DNA of 37,125 nucleotides, taken from assembly GCF_001194135.2 (NCBI RefSeq), contig NC_068982.1, positions 176,470,416-176,507,540 of the forward strand, read 5' to 3'. The translations under genes and the position numbers were made by a program. The first letter of the stretch is position 1, and each line of letters starts with the position of its first letter. The stretch is from Octopus bimaculoides. Its lineage: Eukaryota. Below the pieces are notes generated by a model. The model saw only the letters and a list, made by a program, of their open reading frames with translations. It made no database searches and was not told the origin of the DNA. Below, in pieces: positions 1 to 11,870 of this stretch.

Positions 1-1400
1 TTTTTTTTCCTTCCTTCCCCCTCCCAAAAAGAAAAGCTCTACATTGTATTTGTCCCTTCTTCGTTGAGCCCTGTGTGGCTAATAAAAGAAATGTATCTAT
101 CTATCTATCTATCTACAGACACACATACGGACATTTGTAGAGAAGTGCATTATGTATAAAGCAAAAATTATCCCAGAAAACATATCTTAGTCAGGCTAAA
201 TGCATGTTTTAGAACATCGAAGGTTGTATTAAATACAAGAAAGTAATGAATTCTTGATTTAATGAAGTTACCTTCTCCTCTTTCGAGAAGGTAGGGCAGT
301 TGTCTGGCGGAAAATGTGAGAAACTGTAAATGAGTAGAGGAGGAGAATTACCAAAATCAAGGCCAACTGGCATATCATGAATGGAAAGCACCATTACTGT
401 CAGGAGAATCAGGTGTCTACAGCTGTCTTCTTGTGTCCCGGGAAAGAAACAAACTTTTCTTTAATGAAAATTTAATTATATACCAGGTACTAATGGTTAC
501 AATTTACATTTAGGCAATATCAGCTTTGTCTTAGTCTCTACTGTTAGCGATAAAATTTGTAAAATGTAATTGACTGTTGGTAATATGCACCGTTCACAGT
601 TTTTGTTTGAGCTAAATTGCTGATTCGATAACGTCACTGTAATTATTGTAAGAGCTCTGGCCTAAAATTAATCGCCTCTTTATTTCTTTGGCTTCATATT
701 TTTCTTGAGCCCTTTTTGATATTCTTGGGTAGAATTAGTTTTCGACATGTTCTCTTCGTTTCTCCGCCACTGGGAATATTTTTAGTGTCGCCTCGTCATA
801 TATCACTGCTTTTCTTTCGTTAGGTCTTTAGCCCTTACTCTCAACAGACCCTGATGTCTCTTGACTTATGTTATTAGGATGTATAACCTCAACTGCATAT
901 CTTAGATTATGTAGATTGGGCATATATATATATATTTATGTGTGTGTGTGTGTGTGTGCGTACCAGTGGGGCCCGTGAATATGAAAACTTAATACAAAAA
1001 ACCTAAAAGCGTAGTCTATGTTGTGTCTGTACCGAAAGATAGTCGCTCATCTGCTGCTCATTGAAAAGTGAAAGAAATTAGAATACAATGCACTTTATAT
1101 ATACACTTTATAGACTTTATGCACAATGTTATAGACTTAATACAGAGAACTCATACAATTAAATATTCATTCTTATTTTTCAATTTCACCCCATAAACAA
1201 ATAAAACAAAAATATCCCGTACATATGATACAACCTTTAGTTCAAGTGCATATATCTACCACGTAAAGAAGTGTCAATATTTTGCAGAATTGCACTTATG
1301 CGCAAGCTTTGATAGGTGATATAAAGAAAAATAGTTCAATTGAAAAAATTACACTTGTCACTATCCAATCTCCACCTTCATCTCTACCCTCCTCCCATCT

Positions 1401-1494
1401 CCAGCAGCAGCAGCAGCAGCAGTAGCATCTCTCTCTTCCTCCTTTTCTCTCTTTCACTCTTTCTACCTTGTCCCTCTCTTTTTCCTCCTCTCTT

Positions 1495-1550
<56 letters not shown>
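1401..1550. repeat. (CAG)n followed by a (CT)n pyrimidine tract
   Basis: Directly visible; explains the ORFs at 1340-1558 and 1468-1821. Confidence 0.95.
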
Positions 1551-1552
<2 letters not shown>

Positions 1553-1635
1553 CTTTAACTTCACTAGCAGAACATCACCTTTTTGCTAAAATTATATTTT
1601 TACCTCTTTTCCTTTACCTTCACAAACATTTTTTA

Positions 1636-1918
1636 AATCACGTAATAAATATTACGTTCCCCCTATCTAACAACATGGACGCTTTTTTCTCCTTTATCTT
1701 TCATGCTCTTTCTGTTTCACTCTTCGCCTTATCCTCTTTTTCTCTCTCCTTTTTCTTTATCCTTTCTTCAACTAATCACGTGAAAGCGGTACAATTACGT
1801 TTCTTCAATCTCACATCATGAACGCTTCTCTCTCCCTCTTTTTCTCTCTCCCTCTTTTCTTTCTCCCTCTTTTTCTCTAATCACGTGAAAGAGTTACCGA
1901 CTGTGTAAGTTACGCAAT
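1636..1918. promoter_or_regulatory. Candidate enhancer: duplicated E-box (CTAATCACGTGAAAG x2) plus bZIP-type sites
   Basis: Identical 15-mer at 1772-1786 and 1877-1891 (CACGTG at 1777 and 1882). Also TCACGTAA at 1638, TTACGTT at 1652 and 1795, and GTTACGCAAT at 1909. Function is inferred. Confidence 0.4.
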
Positions 1919-1938
1919 GACAAGCAAAATTATTATAT

Positions 1939-1971
1939 GATCCATCCATCCATCCATCAATCCATCCATTC

Positions 1972-2039
<68 letters not shown>

Positions 2040-2127
2040 GTATGTATGTATATATGCATGTGTGTGTATGAATGTACGTTTCTATGTATGTATGTATGTA
2101 TGTAGGTAGGTAGGTAGGTAGGTAGGA
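1939..2127. repeat. Compound tetranucleotide microsatellite (ATCC)/(ATCT)/(ATGT)/(AGGT)
   Basis: Directly visible. Confidence 0.95.
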
Positions 2128-2294
2128 AGGTATAATCATCTAGTATAGCATTTTAAGATTTTTCCAAGCATGATGCCAAAGATTAGGGGACTATTTCTGC
2201 ATGTTGTATTTCTCCAGATCTTTATAAAAGCAAACAGAAAAGCAAACAATAATCTATTATAAACACTAAATGGGCACCAAATACACCATGATTA

Positions 2295-2393
2295 AGCCAA
2301 TTACAAGCTGTTTCAACGAACGGATTGGTCATTGAATTTGAATTTGCTTTACTTTCTTTTTTTTTTGTTTTTTTTTTTGTAATTGTCAATTGG
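2295..2393. promoter_or_regulatory. CCAAT-box cluster (NF-Y-like)
   Basis: AGCCAAT at 2295-2301, ATTGG at 2324-2328 (GACCAATC on the minus strand) and ATTGG at 2389-2393. Confidence 0.3.
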
Positions 2394-2639
2394 TATAGAC
2401 TCGTTCAGCCGGAGTTAACGATGGTTTTCTTTGATTTATTTGGTGTTTTCTTTTCGTACGGATCATTTTTCTGTTAACTTTATTATTTTGATGTGTGGTT
2501 ATATGTGTATGTGTACGTCGCTTTATAATTATTGATTTTTGTGAATTGGAAGTAAATGTCAGATTTGAAATAATCTTTGACAGCTACGATCAGAGTTTCT
2601 TTAAACGTATGTGTGTGCATGCATGTATGTGTATGTGTT

Positions 2640-2654
2640 TCTCTCTCTCTCTCA

Positions 2655-2712
<58 letters not shown>
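2640..2712. repeat. (CT)n microsatellite
   Basis: Directly visible. Confidence 0.95.
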
Positions 2713-2714
<2 letters not shown>

Positions 2715-3424
2715 TTGTGCGTGAGAAATCTTAGAAAACGTGAAATTAGTAATTAGAAAAGATACAATTGAAACATGAAAGTAATAATAAAAAGTAAGTT
2801 TGGCACTGAGGTTAAATGTTGACAACTGTAAACTTAAATATTAGAAGAGTGTGAATAAGTGTTTGCGAACGTGTGTATATGCATGTGATTGTACGCGAGT
2901 CAATTGGTATTCCTAGCTTCAGAATTTTAGATCGTAGTGAAAGTTTTCAAAGATGCGTACTACTGCGTCGGTTGTGTTGTAAATAAGTGATTAGGTTCGT
3001 GTGAAATGTGTGCTACTGTAGTTGCACTTGTTATTTAAGGTTTAAAACATTCTAAAATAACGAGAGTTACTGCATTCCTTTCTCTTCGTTTTCCATTTCT
3101 ACAGTTGTAGATTTCTACGCCTCCTTGCGGGACACATAACTTAACATATCCGTTTGACATTGTGTGCATGACTCAAGTTTTGGATATTCACAAGTTTTCT
3201 TGGGAATCATAAAACAGTGTTGCATTTCCTAATTGTCTTCTTTCATCATATTTATACATCACCCTACTAGTCATCTGCTCTCCAGAGCTCACCTTCATGA
3301 AACAGAGCCTATTTTACCATGAAACATAGGAGCTAATCCACTAGTCGTAATCGAATACACATACACTAATGTGTCAGTGTGAAATAGGTCTATGGACCGG
3401 AACTCAAAATTTTATATCCTTAGC

Positions 3425-4050
3425 CATAGTACCATCGTTTGCTATTTAACTCATAACCTGGGCACCTGCCAAGTAATAATTCTCAGAATTAGGGGACAAT
3501 TAGAAGGAGTTGTGACCAAATGGTAACTCCATACTTCTTCAAACTTCTGAAATGCTGGATTAGCGCTGTTTTATTAAATTAAATAAGTCCTTAATATTTC
3601 TCGCTGCTTGTGTATGACGATTGACTCATCTTGTCAGATTATAACTGTCTCAAAAACAAATGATGATGTGATATCGGTGCGTCACTGGATTTGAGGGACA
3701 AAACTTGTACAACGTTTTTGCCACTCTCTCAGTCGCTATAGTAGGTTCCAGGGTTAAGCATTACATGATGGCTGGTACCATTTTGACTGCAAGTTTTGTC
3801 AGGGCATCTGTCTCCTAGAGGAGCTGCTTTCTGTTTTCTCAAAACTAATGGGAGTCACCTTTATCACTGGGAAATCTGTTTAAACCATAGTCGTAACCCT
3901 GACGGAAACTACATTTCCGGGTTAGAACGGGCCTGGGTGCAATGGTAAATAAGGGGTGACTTCTCGTTCCCCTACACTCCAAAACTTTAAAACTGGAGTG
4001 TTACCCCTGAATACTGTTTAATGTCATATCTAGGATTTATGGAGTTATAT
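3425..4050. mobile_element. Unclassified interspersed repeat remnant(s)
   Basis: GC-richer block. The segment ccgggttagaacgggcctgggtgcaatgg...ggggtgact resembles a repeat I recognise from cephalopod DNA. Family not assignable. Confidence 0.3.
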
Positions 4051-4837
4051 AGCAAGTTATATAGTGACCAAGGATAGACAAAACTTCAATTTCACTGTTT
4101 TGGTAGGTATGGTTCCCTTCTCTCTTGAATATCAAGCCCTCAACAATTTTATATCCTTAAATGTTAACATTTCCCAAAGTAAAAGTTGGGGTACTTTTGC
4201 ATCCCTTATTTAATATCTTACATATAAATTACTTGTAGTAATCAAAAATGATGTTATATAGTTTTCCCATCTTCGCGTACTTCATGAGTATTCCGTCATA
4301 TTTTTTTATGTTCCGCGATTTGAGCACTACACCTAGTCACCAATGAATGTATATCTCCTATGCAAAGCGCGTAGTGATAGGTTACATAAGAGGAAAAATA
4401 TACAGTTCAATCCACATTTCATGTTGAACCAAGCTACCGATACACCTGGTCGTTACTCCAGGATCAAGGTAAATTCTTTTTACCGATATATAGACACCAC
4501 AAGATATTTAACAAAAACACTGTAAAATTATCATACGCAGTAACACCGAAATTGGTGGCAAATTTAGCTGCCATGAATAACAGGAATCTATATACTAAGA
4601 CAAATAGATATCCTGAAAAAGAACATACAGAGCTCCTTTGGAGTATTTCAGTGGACCACCTATATTACGAATGCTCGTAATATAGGTGGTCCCTTAAGCT
4701 ATGTAAATGGAGAAATCCTTCTAATTACCCATTTGATAATCAGTGCCTTAGTAAGAGCATAAATTTTAAGGGTAGTTTCCACAAATACAAATACTTTCTT
4801 TCATAAAGGTACCACATCATTCTGATTTATACGGATA

Positions 4838-4838
4838 A

Positions 4839-4883
<45 letters not shown>

Positions 4884-4906
4884 TACACACACACACACAC
4901 ACACAT

Positions 4907-4972
<66 letters not shown>
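4838..4972. repeat. (TA)n-(CA)n-(TA)n microsatellite
   Basis: Directly visible. Confidence 0.95.
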
Positions 4973-4975
<3 letters not shown>

Positions 4976-5955
4976 TACGTGAGTGTATATTTCTATATCT
5001 CTCAATATATATAGAGATATACATGCATGCATGTATATATGTATGTGTGCATATATGCATAACTATACCAGAGCACATCTGCTGTTATATATTTATACAC
5101 TTTTAAATATCTTCTTATACTGTCTAGTTCTCCATTTAACCTTTTAATTACATTACTCTTAAAATATGAAGAAACCATTAGTGAGTTAACCTTAGTGTTT
5201 TCAAATTGAAGAAAATAAAGAAATGCAAATAAATACAGATAGCCAAGTCATCATGTTTAACATATTAGTTTAATAAAATATTGAAAGTCTATGAAAACCT
5301 AAATTTTACGAACAATGAATGATAATAATAATAACAGCAATAATAATGATAATAATATTGATGATGATAATGATAATGTTCATAATGGTCGTGATAAGAA
5401 TGATAAAATTTGAAACAAACAATGTGAAAACAAAATAGCATAATGAACACAACATCCGGCTAAATATGCAGCTTTTAACCCCCCAACCCATGTCCAATAT
5501 TGATAGAAATAATCGAGTCATCAGAATTAACAGGCAATAATAAATTCCACGAACAAAATATATCCATTTTCTAGTATCCCCAAGCCGGATATTCAAGTAG
5601 TAATGAAGAGCCTTTTACATAATTCAACGAGTAGGATTTCCGAGAATATTTACAAGGCATAAAATTAAAAAGAAATTTTTTAATATTTAAAATAATAATT
5701 CTAATAATAACGACAGCAATAATAACAAGTTAATGAAAATGATTTTGCAAATTCCATTATCATTTTATACCGAACTTAATCCATTTATTAATCATATTTC
5801 TGAATGTTGAATTATGAATATCTGTTAAAACCACAGAAACACAAATCTAAATACAATATCATATTAAAGTGAAAACATCCTCCGATATTTAGGGAAATGT
5901 ATTTTCCTCTTGATTCTTATATCTCTTATTTGTATGACTCTCTCGCATGAACATT

Positions 5956-5986
<31 letters not shown>

Positions 5987-7062
5987 CAAATATCCCTACC
6001 ATTTCAGAAGGGATGGGTAGATTATATTATATTGTCCTGCATCGTCTGAAACGAGAAATGTAACAATAAATCTATGAAAAACACAAATAATGATGGATCA
6101 CGGTTACTCGCAATGGATCGTACTGAAGATAAATGACAACGAAAGGAACAACCTATGATGAGTTGTTTCTCTGCATCACTTTCCGCATATAACTCACCCA
6201 CTTATTAAACTAGCAAAACATGCATAACTTAGATGACAAGATCCCTTCCTGTTTACAACGGTATGTGGAGATTATGTTAAGAAATAGAATGCAATAAAAT
6301 GGCTCAATATCTCATGTAGCGTTTTCAAGCTTTGTGAAATATGATTCAGTTTAGTTATCGAAATACTTTATGAATCGATCAACCGGTCTGTAAGTGGAAC
6401 GTGTGCAGGCAGGAGAAGTTGTTCATTAAGTGAACAATAACTATATTACTATAATTAAAACTAGGCTGGTATTACAGCGCAGGATTTCTGTATAGTTTTT
6501 GTTTTGGTTGGAAATTTATGCCCAGCAAGTGGTTCTGAAATTGTCAAGCATATATAACATAATTGCTGTTAAAGACCCTGCAGAATAGATGTTAAGCCGT
6601 GACATGTAATAGTGAAGCTTTGTTGTCCGATCCTATGCTTCTTGATGTCGGCTATCACCTGTTAATTCCATCTCCCGGGGTATTCCAAGCGTTTGGCAAT
6701 ACACAGGGAACATCTTTCAGCTTAGGATAAATATAATAATAACAATAATAAAATGCGGATGGAAATTCATAGGCTTTATTAATTCATAAACAATATGTTT
6801 CTACACCACCAGAAGATCATTAGGTAACAATTCTTCATATACATATGATATTACTTAAGATTACTCTTAATAATTATGAATTTGAATATTTTCTTTGGCT
6901 TCATTTCCAGTGCTCGTGCTTCCTCAGGCAATACCACACATACACTAACAAACACACACGCACACACACACACGAACACACACACACACACAGACACACG
7001 CACGCACGCACGCACACACGCACACATACACGCACATACGCATATAACATATTCGCTGTTAC

Positions 7063-7425
7063 GATGATAAATGATATGAAATTAAATCTAGCCTCGGAGA
7101 GCAATAATCACCATTGACTAACATAGGCCATAAATTGTTTACACATAAATTAAAGATGTAACTCAGCATAAAATTTTGCTGGATGTCTAGAGGCAAATGA
7201 GAATCCATTGTTAAACGAAGGAAACATTTAACGTCAGGTACTGAGGTTGAAAATATTAATTTTTATTGATAACGTGGAGTTATTAAATGATTTAAATATT
7301 GCAGGGTAAGTAAATTTGTTAGTAGATATAAGGTATAAAGCGTTAGTATATTTAGTCCAAGTAATACACATAATAAATTTAACAATGAACATAACGGAAA
7401 GGGAATGGCTTCAGCATTACGGAAT
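7063..7425 (+). repeat. Left arm of ~360 bp inverted repeat
   Basis: Reverse complement of 8608-8960. For example, 7140-7199 matches the reverse complement of 8821-8880 at 59/60 positions. Confidence 0.92.
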
Positions 7426-8607
7426 AATAATTTGCCATATCACTTTTGTTTACTCATCCGATTTGTTGATCGTATCTACATGTAAGAATTTTAAAACAAC
7501 AACGGATGCCCCTTTTAACGTATTCTGAAAGCTGTATTTGCGTTATACAGTCTTATGTTGCCATAAGGTTTAATTTTGGCCAAATTAAAACTATTCAGGT
7601 CGTCTTTTTTTTAAGAGCTTGTCTTCGTTTCAAACTGAATTTGTTGTGCAAGAAAATTACTTATATAAAGTGTTTAAATTGCACGGAAAAATCTTATATA
7701 TGATATAAAAAGCTCATTCAAAATTTTATGTGCACAATACACATATCATTTAGAGTTACTATCAAAGATAACTGCCTATTAGTCAAAAACGTTTGTTATC
7801 AAAAGAACAGTTCAGGACACAACATTACGAGCCCCAGCGTTGCAAGTTACGTCAATGCTTGTAACTTGAGTGCCGCCAAGAAACTTAATTTACTTTCTCT
7901 GCGAGCTAATGTTTAGAATGCAGTAAAACAATATTTTCTTGTTTGCATATAAGAAAATTAGAATTACAGACTTCGAAAAAATGTCCCTGTCCCGGGCACA
8001 TTCCCATTATATTCAGATTAAGCGCCTGAATCTCGGTTCTATAATCTTAGCCATGTAATGTTAACTACGCAACACGAAATTTGAAATTGCTACCTCTATG
8101 ACTCACTTGAATTTTATTTGCTATTCTCTAAGCGGAACTCCGTGGTGGTCTAAGATGTACGTGCTTTGTTGTTTTTCAGGGTAAGATAAAAATGATGAAG
8201 AGAAACACCATATTGCACAAGCTACTTAATAACCTAAACATTAATGAATAAATGATGATATACTTCATAGCTTTTAATTACACATTGTTCATTCAATCAA
8301 CACAAAATCTCCCATGAGATATCAACCAATTGCTTACGAACTTAGTCTTCAAACGATTGCGCTCGCTGTGTTCTGTTTGACAATAATAAGGAATTACATC
8401 CACTTGTAACATAATGTAGCTCCGCCCGTGAAAATTTCAAGAAAATTATTACTAATAAAGAAATCAATCGCAAGAATAGATTTCGAGAAATATTTATCGC
8501 TGCAATAACGAAAATCCTACCCCAATACTGTTACTTGATTATCCATAAGTAACCTCTGCTCGTAATTACGCCACTCGCATTAACTTTGAGGTAATTTATC
8601 GTAATTC

Positions 8608-8960
8608 ATTCTGTAACGCTCAAGTCATTCCCTTTCCATCATGCTCATTGCTGAATTTATTATGTGTATTACTTGAACTAAATATACTAACGCTTTATAC
8701 TTTATATTTACTTACCCCGCAATATTTGACTCATTTAATAACTCAGGTTAACAATAAAGATTAATATTTTCAACCTCAGTACCTGACCTTAAATGTCTGC
8801 TTCGTTTAACAATGGCTTCTCATTTGCCTCTAGACATACAGCAAAATTTTATGCTGAGTTACATCTTTAATTTATGTGTAAACAATTTATGGTCTTTGTT
8901 AGCCGATGTTGATTGTTGCTTTCCGAGGCTAGATTTAATTTCATATTATTTATTGTCATC
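8608..8960 (-). repeat. Right arm of ~360 bp inverted repeat
   Basis: Partner of 7063-7425. Confidence 0.92.
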
Positions 8961-9089
8961 ACTTATCACCTGAACAGGAAGTACGAATATAGAAAATTTG
9001 AATAGTGACATTGGATGTATTAAGCGAATGAAATTAATGATTATATTTTACGTACGCTGTGTAATTTTTGTCCACTTTCTTATTACTAG

Positions 9090-9715
9090 CATATACACAC
9101 GCACACATGCCCACGCATATGCACATATACATTCGTACACACATACATACATGCATAAGTATATATGAGCATGTCTAGATATGCAAGTATATGCATGGAA
9201 TGAAACATAAAACAAAACGTGCAAATCTGCACATATACATACATACATTCATTCATACATACATACATACATACATACATACATGCATATATGCATACAT
9301 ACATAGAACTGACCACTATCCGCTTACTAGACGTTTATCATTTAATTATATATGAGCTTATCTAGATATGTAACTATATGCATGAGAATACAAACATAAG
9401 ACATGCAAATACATACATGCATACATACATACATACATACATACATACATACATACCCTGTTGGTGATGCTGAAATTTGAGTGAAGGAACCTTGGATCTA
9501 GGTTAGGAACCGGTTCTTTCTCTATTGGCAAGAAATTTTGAAACAAACTGAATAATGACCTACATACAAATATACATACATACATGCATACACACAAACA
9601 TACCCTGTTGTTGATGTTGAAATTCCAGTGAAGGAGCCTTGGATAGGTAGGAAACTGGCTCTTTCTCTATGTTTTGAGTAACAAAGAAAGAGTTCTCTGA
9701 ACAACTTTATTTCAC
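9090..9715 (+). repeat. (TACA)n arrays with two tandem copies of a ~110 bp repeat fragment (9452 and 9599)
   Basis: cataccctgttg(g/t)tgatg(c/t)tgaaatt...gtgaagga(a/g)ccttggat...ctttctctat occurs twice, 147 bp apart. Confidence 0.85.
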
Positions 9716-10919
9716 ACTTAATATGAATGTGGAATGTCACAACGCACTAATACGCTGTAGCTACATATGCACTATATGGACATTGTAACACACATAGATA
9801 AATATACATACACACACATTCACATATGAAAAATTATATCTGAATTTATTTTCACTTGTGTATGTTGATAAAAATATTGCTTCATACCACTGGCTTCAAT
9901 TGCAAACGCCTCGATGGATTCCATTACACATGCGCAACACGTTTCTAAACATATGTAGATATGTGTAACGAATAATACTTGTGTCTGTATAAGTTTAGGA
10001 TATAAGATGTCTAAAACTCTCCAACGAGAGGGTATAAAAATGTATCAGAGAGGGAGTTACATGAGGAATAATTTTAAAACATGCATTATACCTACATAAA
10101 CACGCTCGCACAGACATGCACGCACACATTTAATGCACGTTAGCGATATCTTTAAGCAAAGCGCCCAGAGAAAGCAAAGAGCTATGAAGGGAAAACAAAA
10201 AGGATGCGTTGTGAAAAAGATTGTGTACTGACATTGAAAAAGATAAATAAATAAAACGGCATCTAAGACAGAAAGGAAATGCAGTAAAACACTCAAATGC
10301 CTTTATAGAAAATATTTTATCAAAAAAATATCAAGAAAGAAATACAAAATATAATTTATATAAATGCATACTGTATAAACGCATATTCAACAAATATCGA
10401 TTATATTAGTGTTAACTACTACAGAAAGAAAGGTTTATCGTTATACAGTGACAACTGCTGTGTAATTAAACATGAAAAAATATTGCATGTCACTTTCAGG
10501 ATATGCTTGTAAAATTGCGATGATGTTAACATGAGATAGGTACCTAAAATGCAATAAGATTAGAGTTGAATTCATGGAAGATAATAAATTATATTTAAGT
10601 AGTAACAATAAAAAAAAAACATGATTCATTGAATTATGTGACAATCCACCTATTGCAGGTTCTTTATATAAAAGCAATGAAATCAGTTTTTATCCTATAG
10701 ATTTGAAACATTCGAGCTAGTTATCCTCCAAAAAGTAACCGATATAATGAAGGTGGAAACGGAATTAACAGACAATATAATTCGAGAAAAGTGACACAGA
10801 TGTATCCAAAAATCCAGTCTTTAGTGAGATTCACAATATAAGGATTGGGTGTGTGTATGGGATTAGTCTATCTCATACACACAGAGACATATATGTGCAT
10901 ATCAAAATAACAAGCACGT

Positions 10920-11050
10920 AGCTAAGTTTCCAAACATGTGGTTTCACATTCGTTCCCAATGCTTGTATTCCATTATATAACCTCTGGTCGACCAAAGTTT
11001 AGGTAGTAGATATGGAAGATGGAAACTGAAAGTCGTCATATATATATATA
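10920..11050 (+). mobile_element. Degraded SINE fragment (same family as 22543-22956)
   Basis: Shares cgaccaaagt and ggaaactgaaag...gtc followed by (TA)n with the 22.5 kb copy. Confidence 0.6.
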
Positions 11051-11087
11051 AATGAAGTTAAACGCAGGTGTTATTCAAATTCTTTTA

Positions 11088-11174
11088 CTTCCGACATATG
11101 TTTTGAAGACAACATTGGTATTTTTCCAAAGGAATAAATGGTATAAAATAATGTAATCTTCTCATCAGTGAAAG
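11088..11174 (-). ncRNA. Minimal type-I hammerhead ribozyme fold (G12->A, probably inactive)
   Basis: Minus strand reads CTTTCA-CTGATGA-GAAGA..47 nt..TCTTC-AAAAC-ATAT-GTC-GGAAG. This gives an intact core, a 5 bp stem II, a palindromic ACATATGT stem III and a GUC site. It lies ~290 nt 3' of a Penelope-like ORF. Confidence 0.6.
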
Positions 11175-11462
11175 AAAGAGAATCATACTCAACAATAAGA
11201 CATTTTAACAAATGTGATGATTGTGTAAATGATGAACAGAACATTATTAAGTATTTTTTAAAAAACCGTTAGTAAATATGATGTCAAAGGTAGCGCATGT
11301 GAAGAGAAGGGGTAAAGAAATCAATAAGGAGAGAACAAATAACGGAGAAATATAGAGTGATACGTGAGTTAAATAAATATTCAAAGGTAGGAAAATATAT
11401 ATCTCTATTGGAAGTAGAGCGAAAGAAGAACTAAATACTGAAACTATATAGATTGGTAGAAA

Positions 11463-11870
11463 TCACCTATATGAGTTAAAGGTGTGTTTCTGCCAATGTT
11501 TACATCGGTAAGAACGCTCTATATACGTGTTTACAAGTGGATTCTTAAAAAAGAGAATGTGAAACAGCTCAGAATTACAAATGTTACAAAATTTCTTTAC
11601 CTTTGTCGTAAGGGAAAGAGATTGACAGGATGAACCAATCTAAATTAAATCTCTTATTATTATCTTTAAGTTATGTGCTATTCGTTTACTACTGTACCTA
11701 AACGTAGAATAATGATTGGCAATTCTTTTAGATAACTGAAAAGAAGAAGACCCGATATAAATATAGACTTCGGTACCGGAAGTAATTTTACACTGATATA
11801 TAGAATTCTTAATCTTGGAATTATTAGACATAAATCTAATTCTCTTGGGGTTGACCTCAGAGACCAAAAC
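11463..11870 (-). mobile_element. Penelope-like element remnant, GIY-YIG endonuclease C-terminal region (disrupted)
   Basis: Reads NSIYQCKIT...YIYIGSSS...KRIANHYSTFR, then after a stop DWFILSISFPYDKGK / frameshift / KFCNICNSELFHILF...LVN...RCKHWQKH. This matches the PLE GIY-YIG and W-x-IL..PY..CxxC..E..CxH pattern. Confidence 0.8.

Noticed and set aside
130-480. Possible second Penelope remnant (CIMYKAKI..KTYL; WHIM..LC) or an Ig-like ESGVYSC motif
   Set aside because: Needs several frameshifts, has no YIG motif and no splice context; too weak to call.
3105-3260. Exon after the strong acceptor at 3104
   Set aside because: No long open frame or clear donor; kept only as support for the promoter hypothesis.
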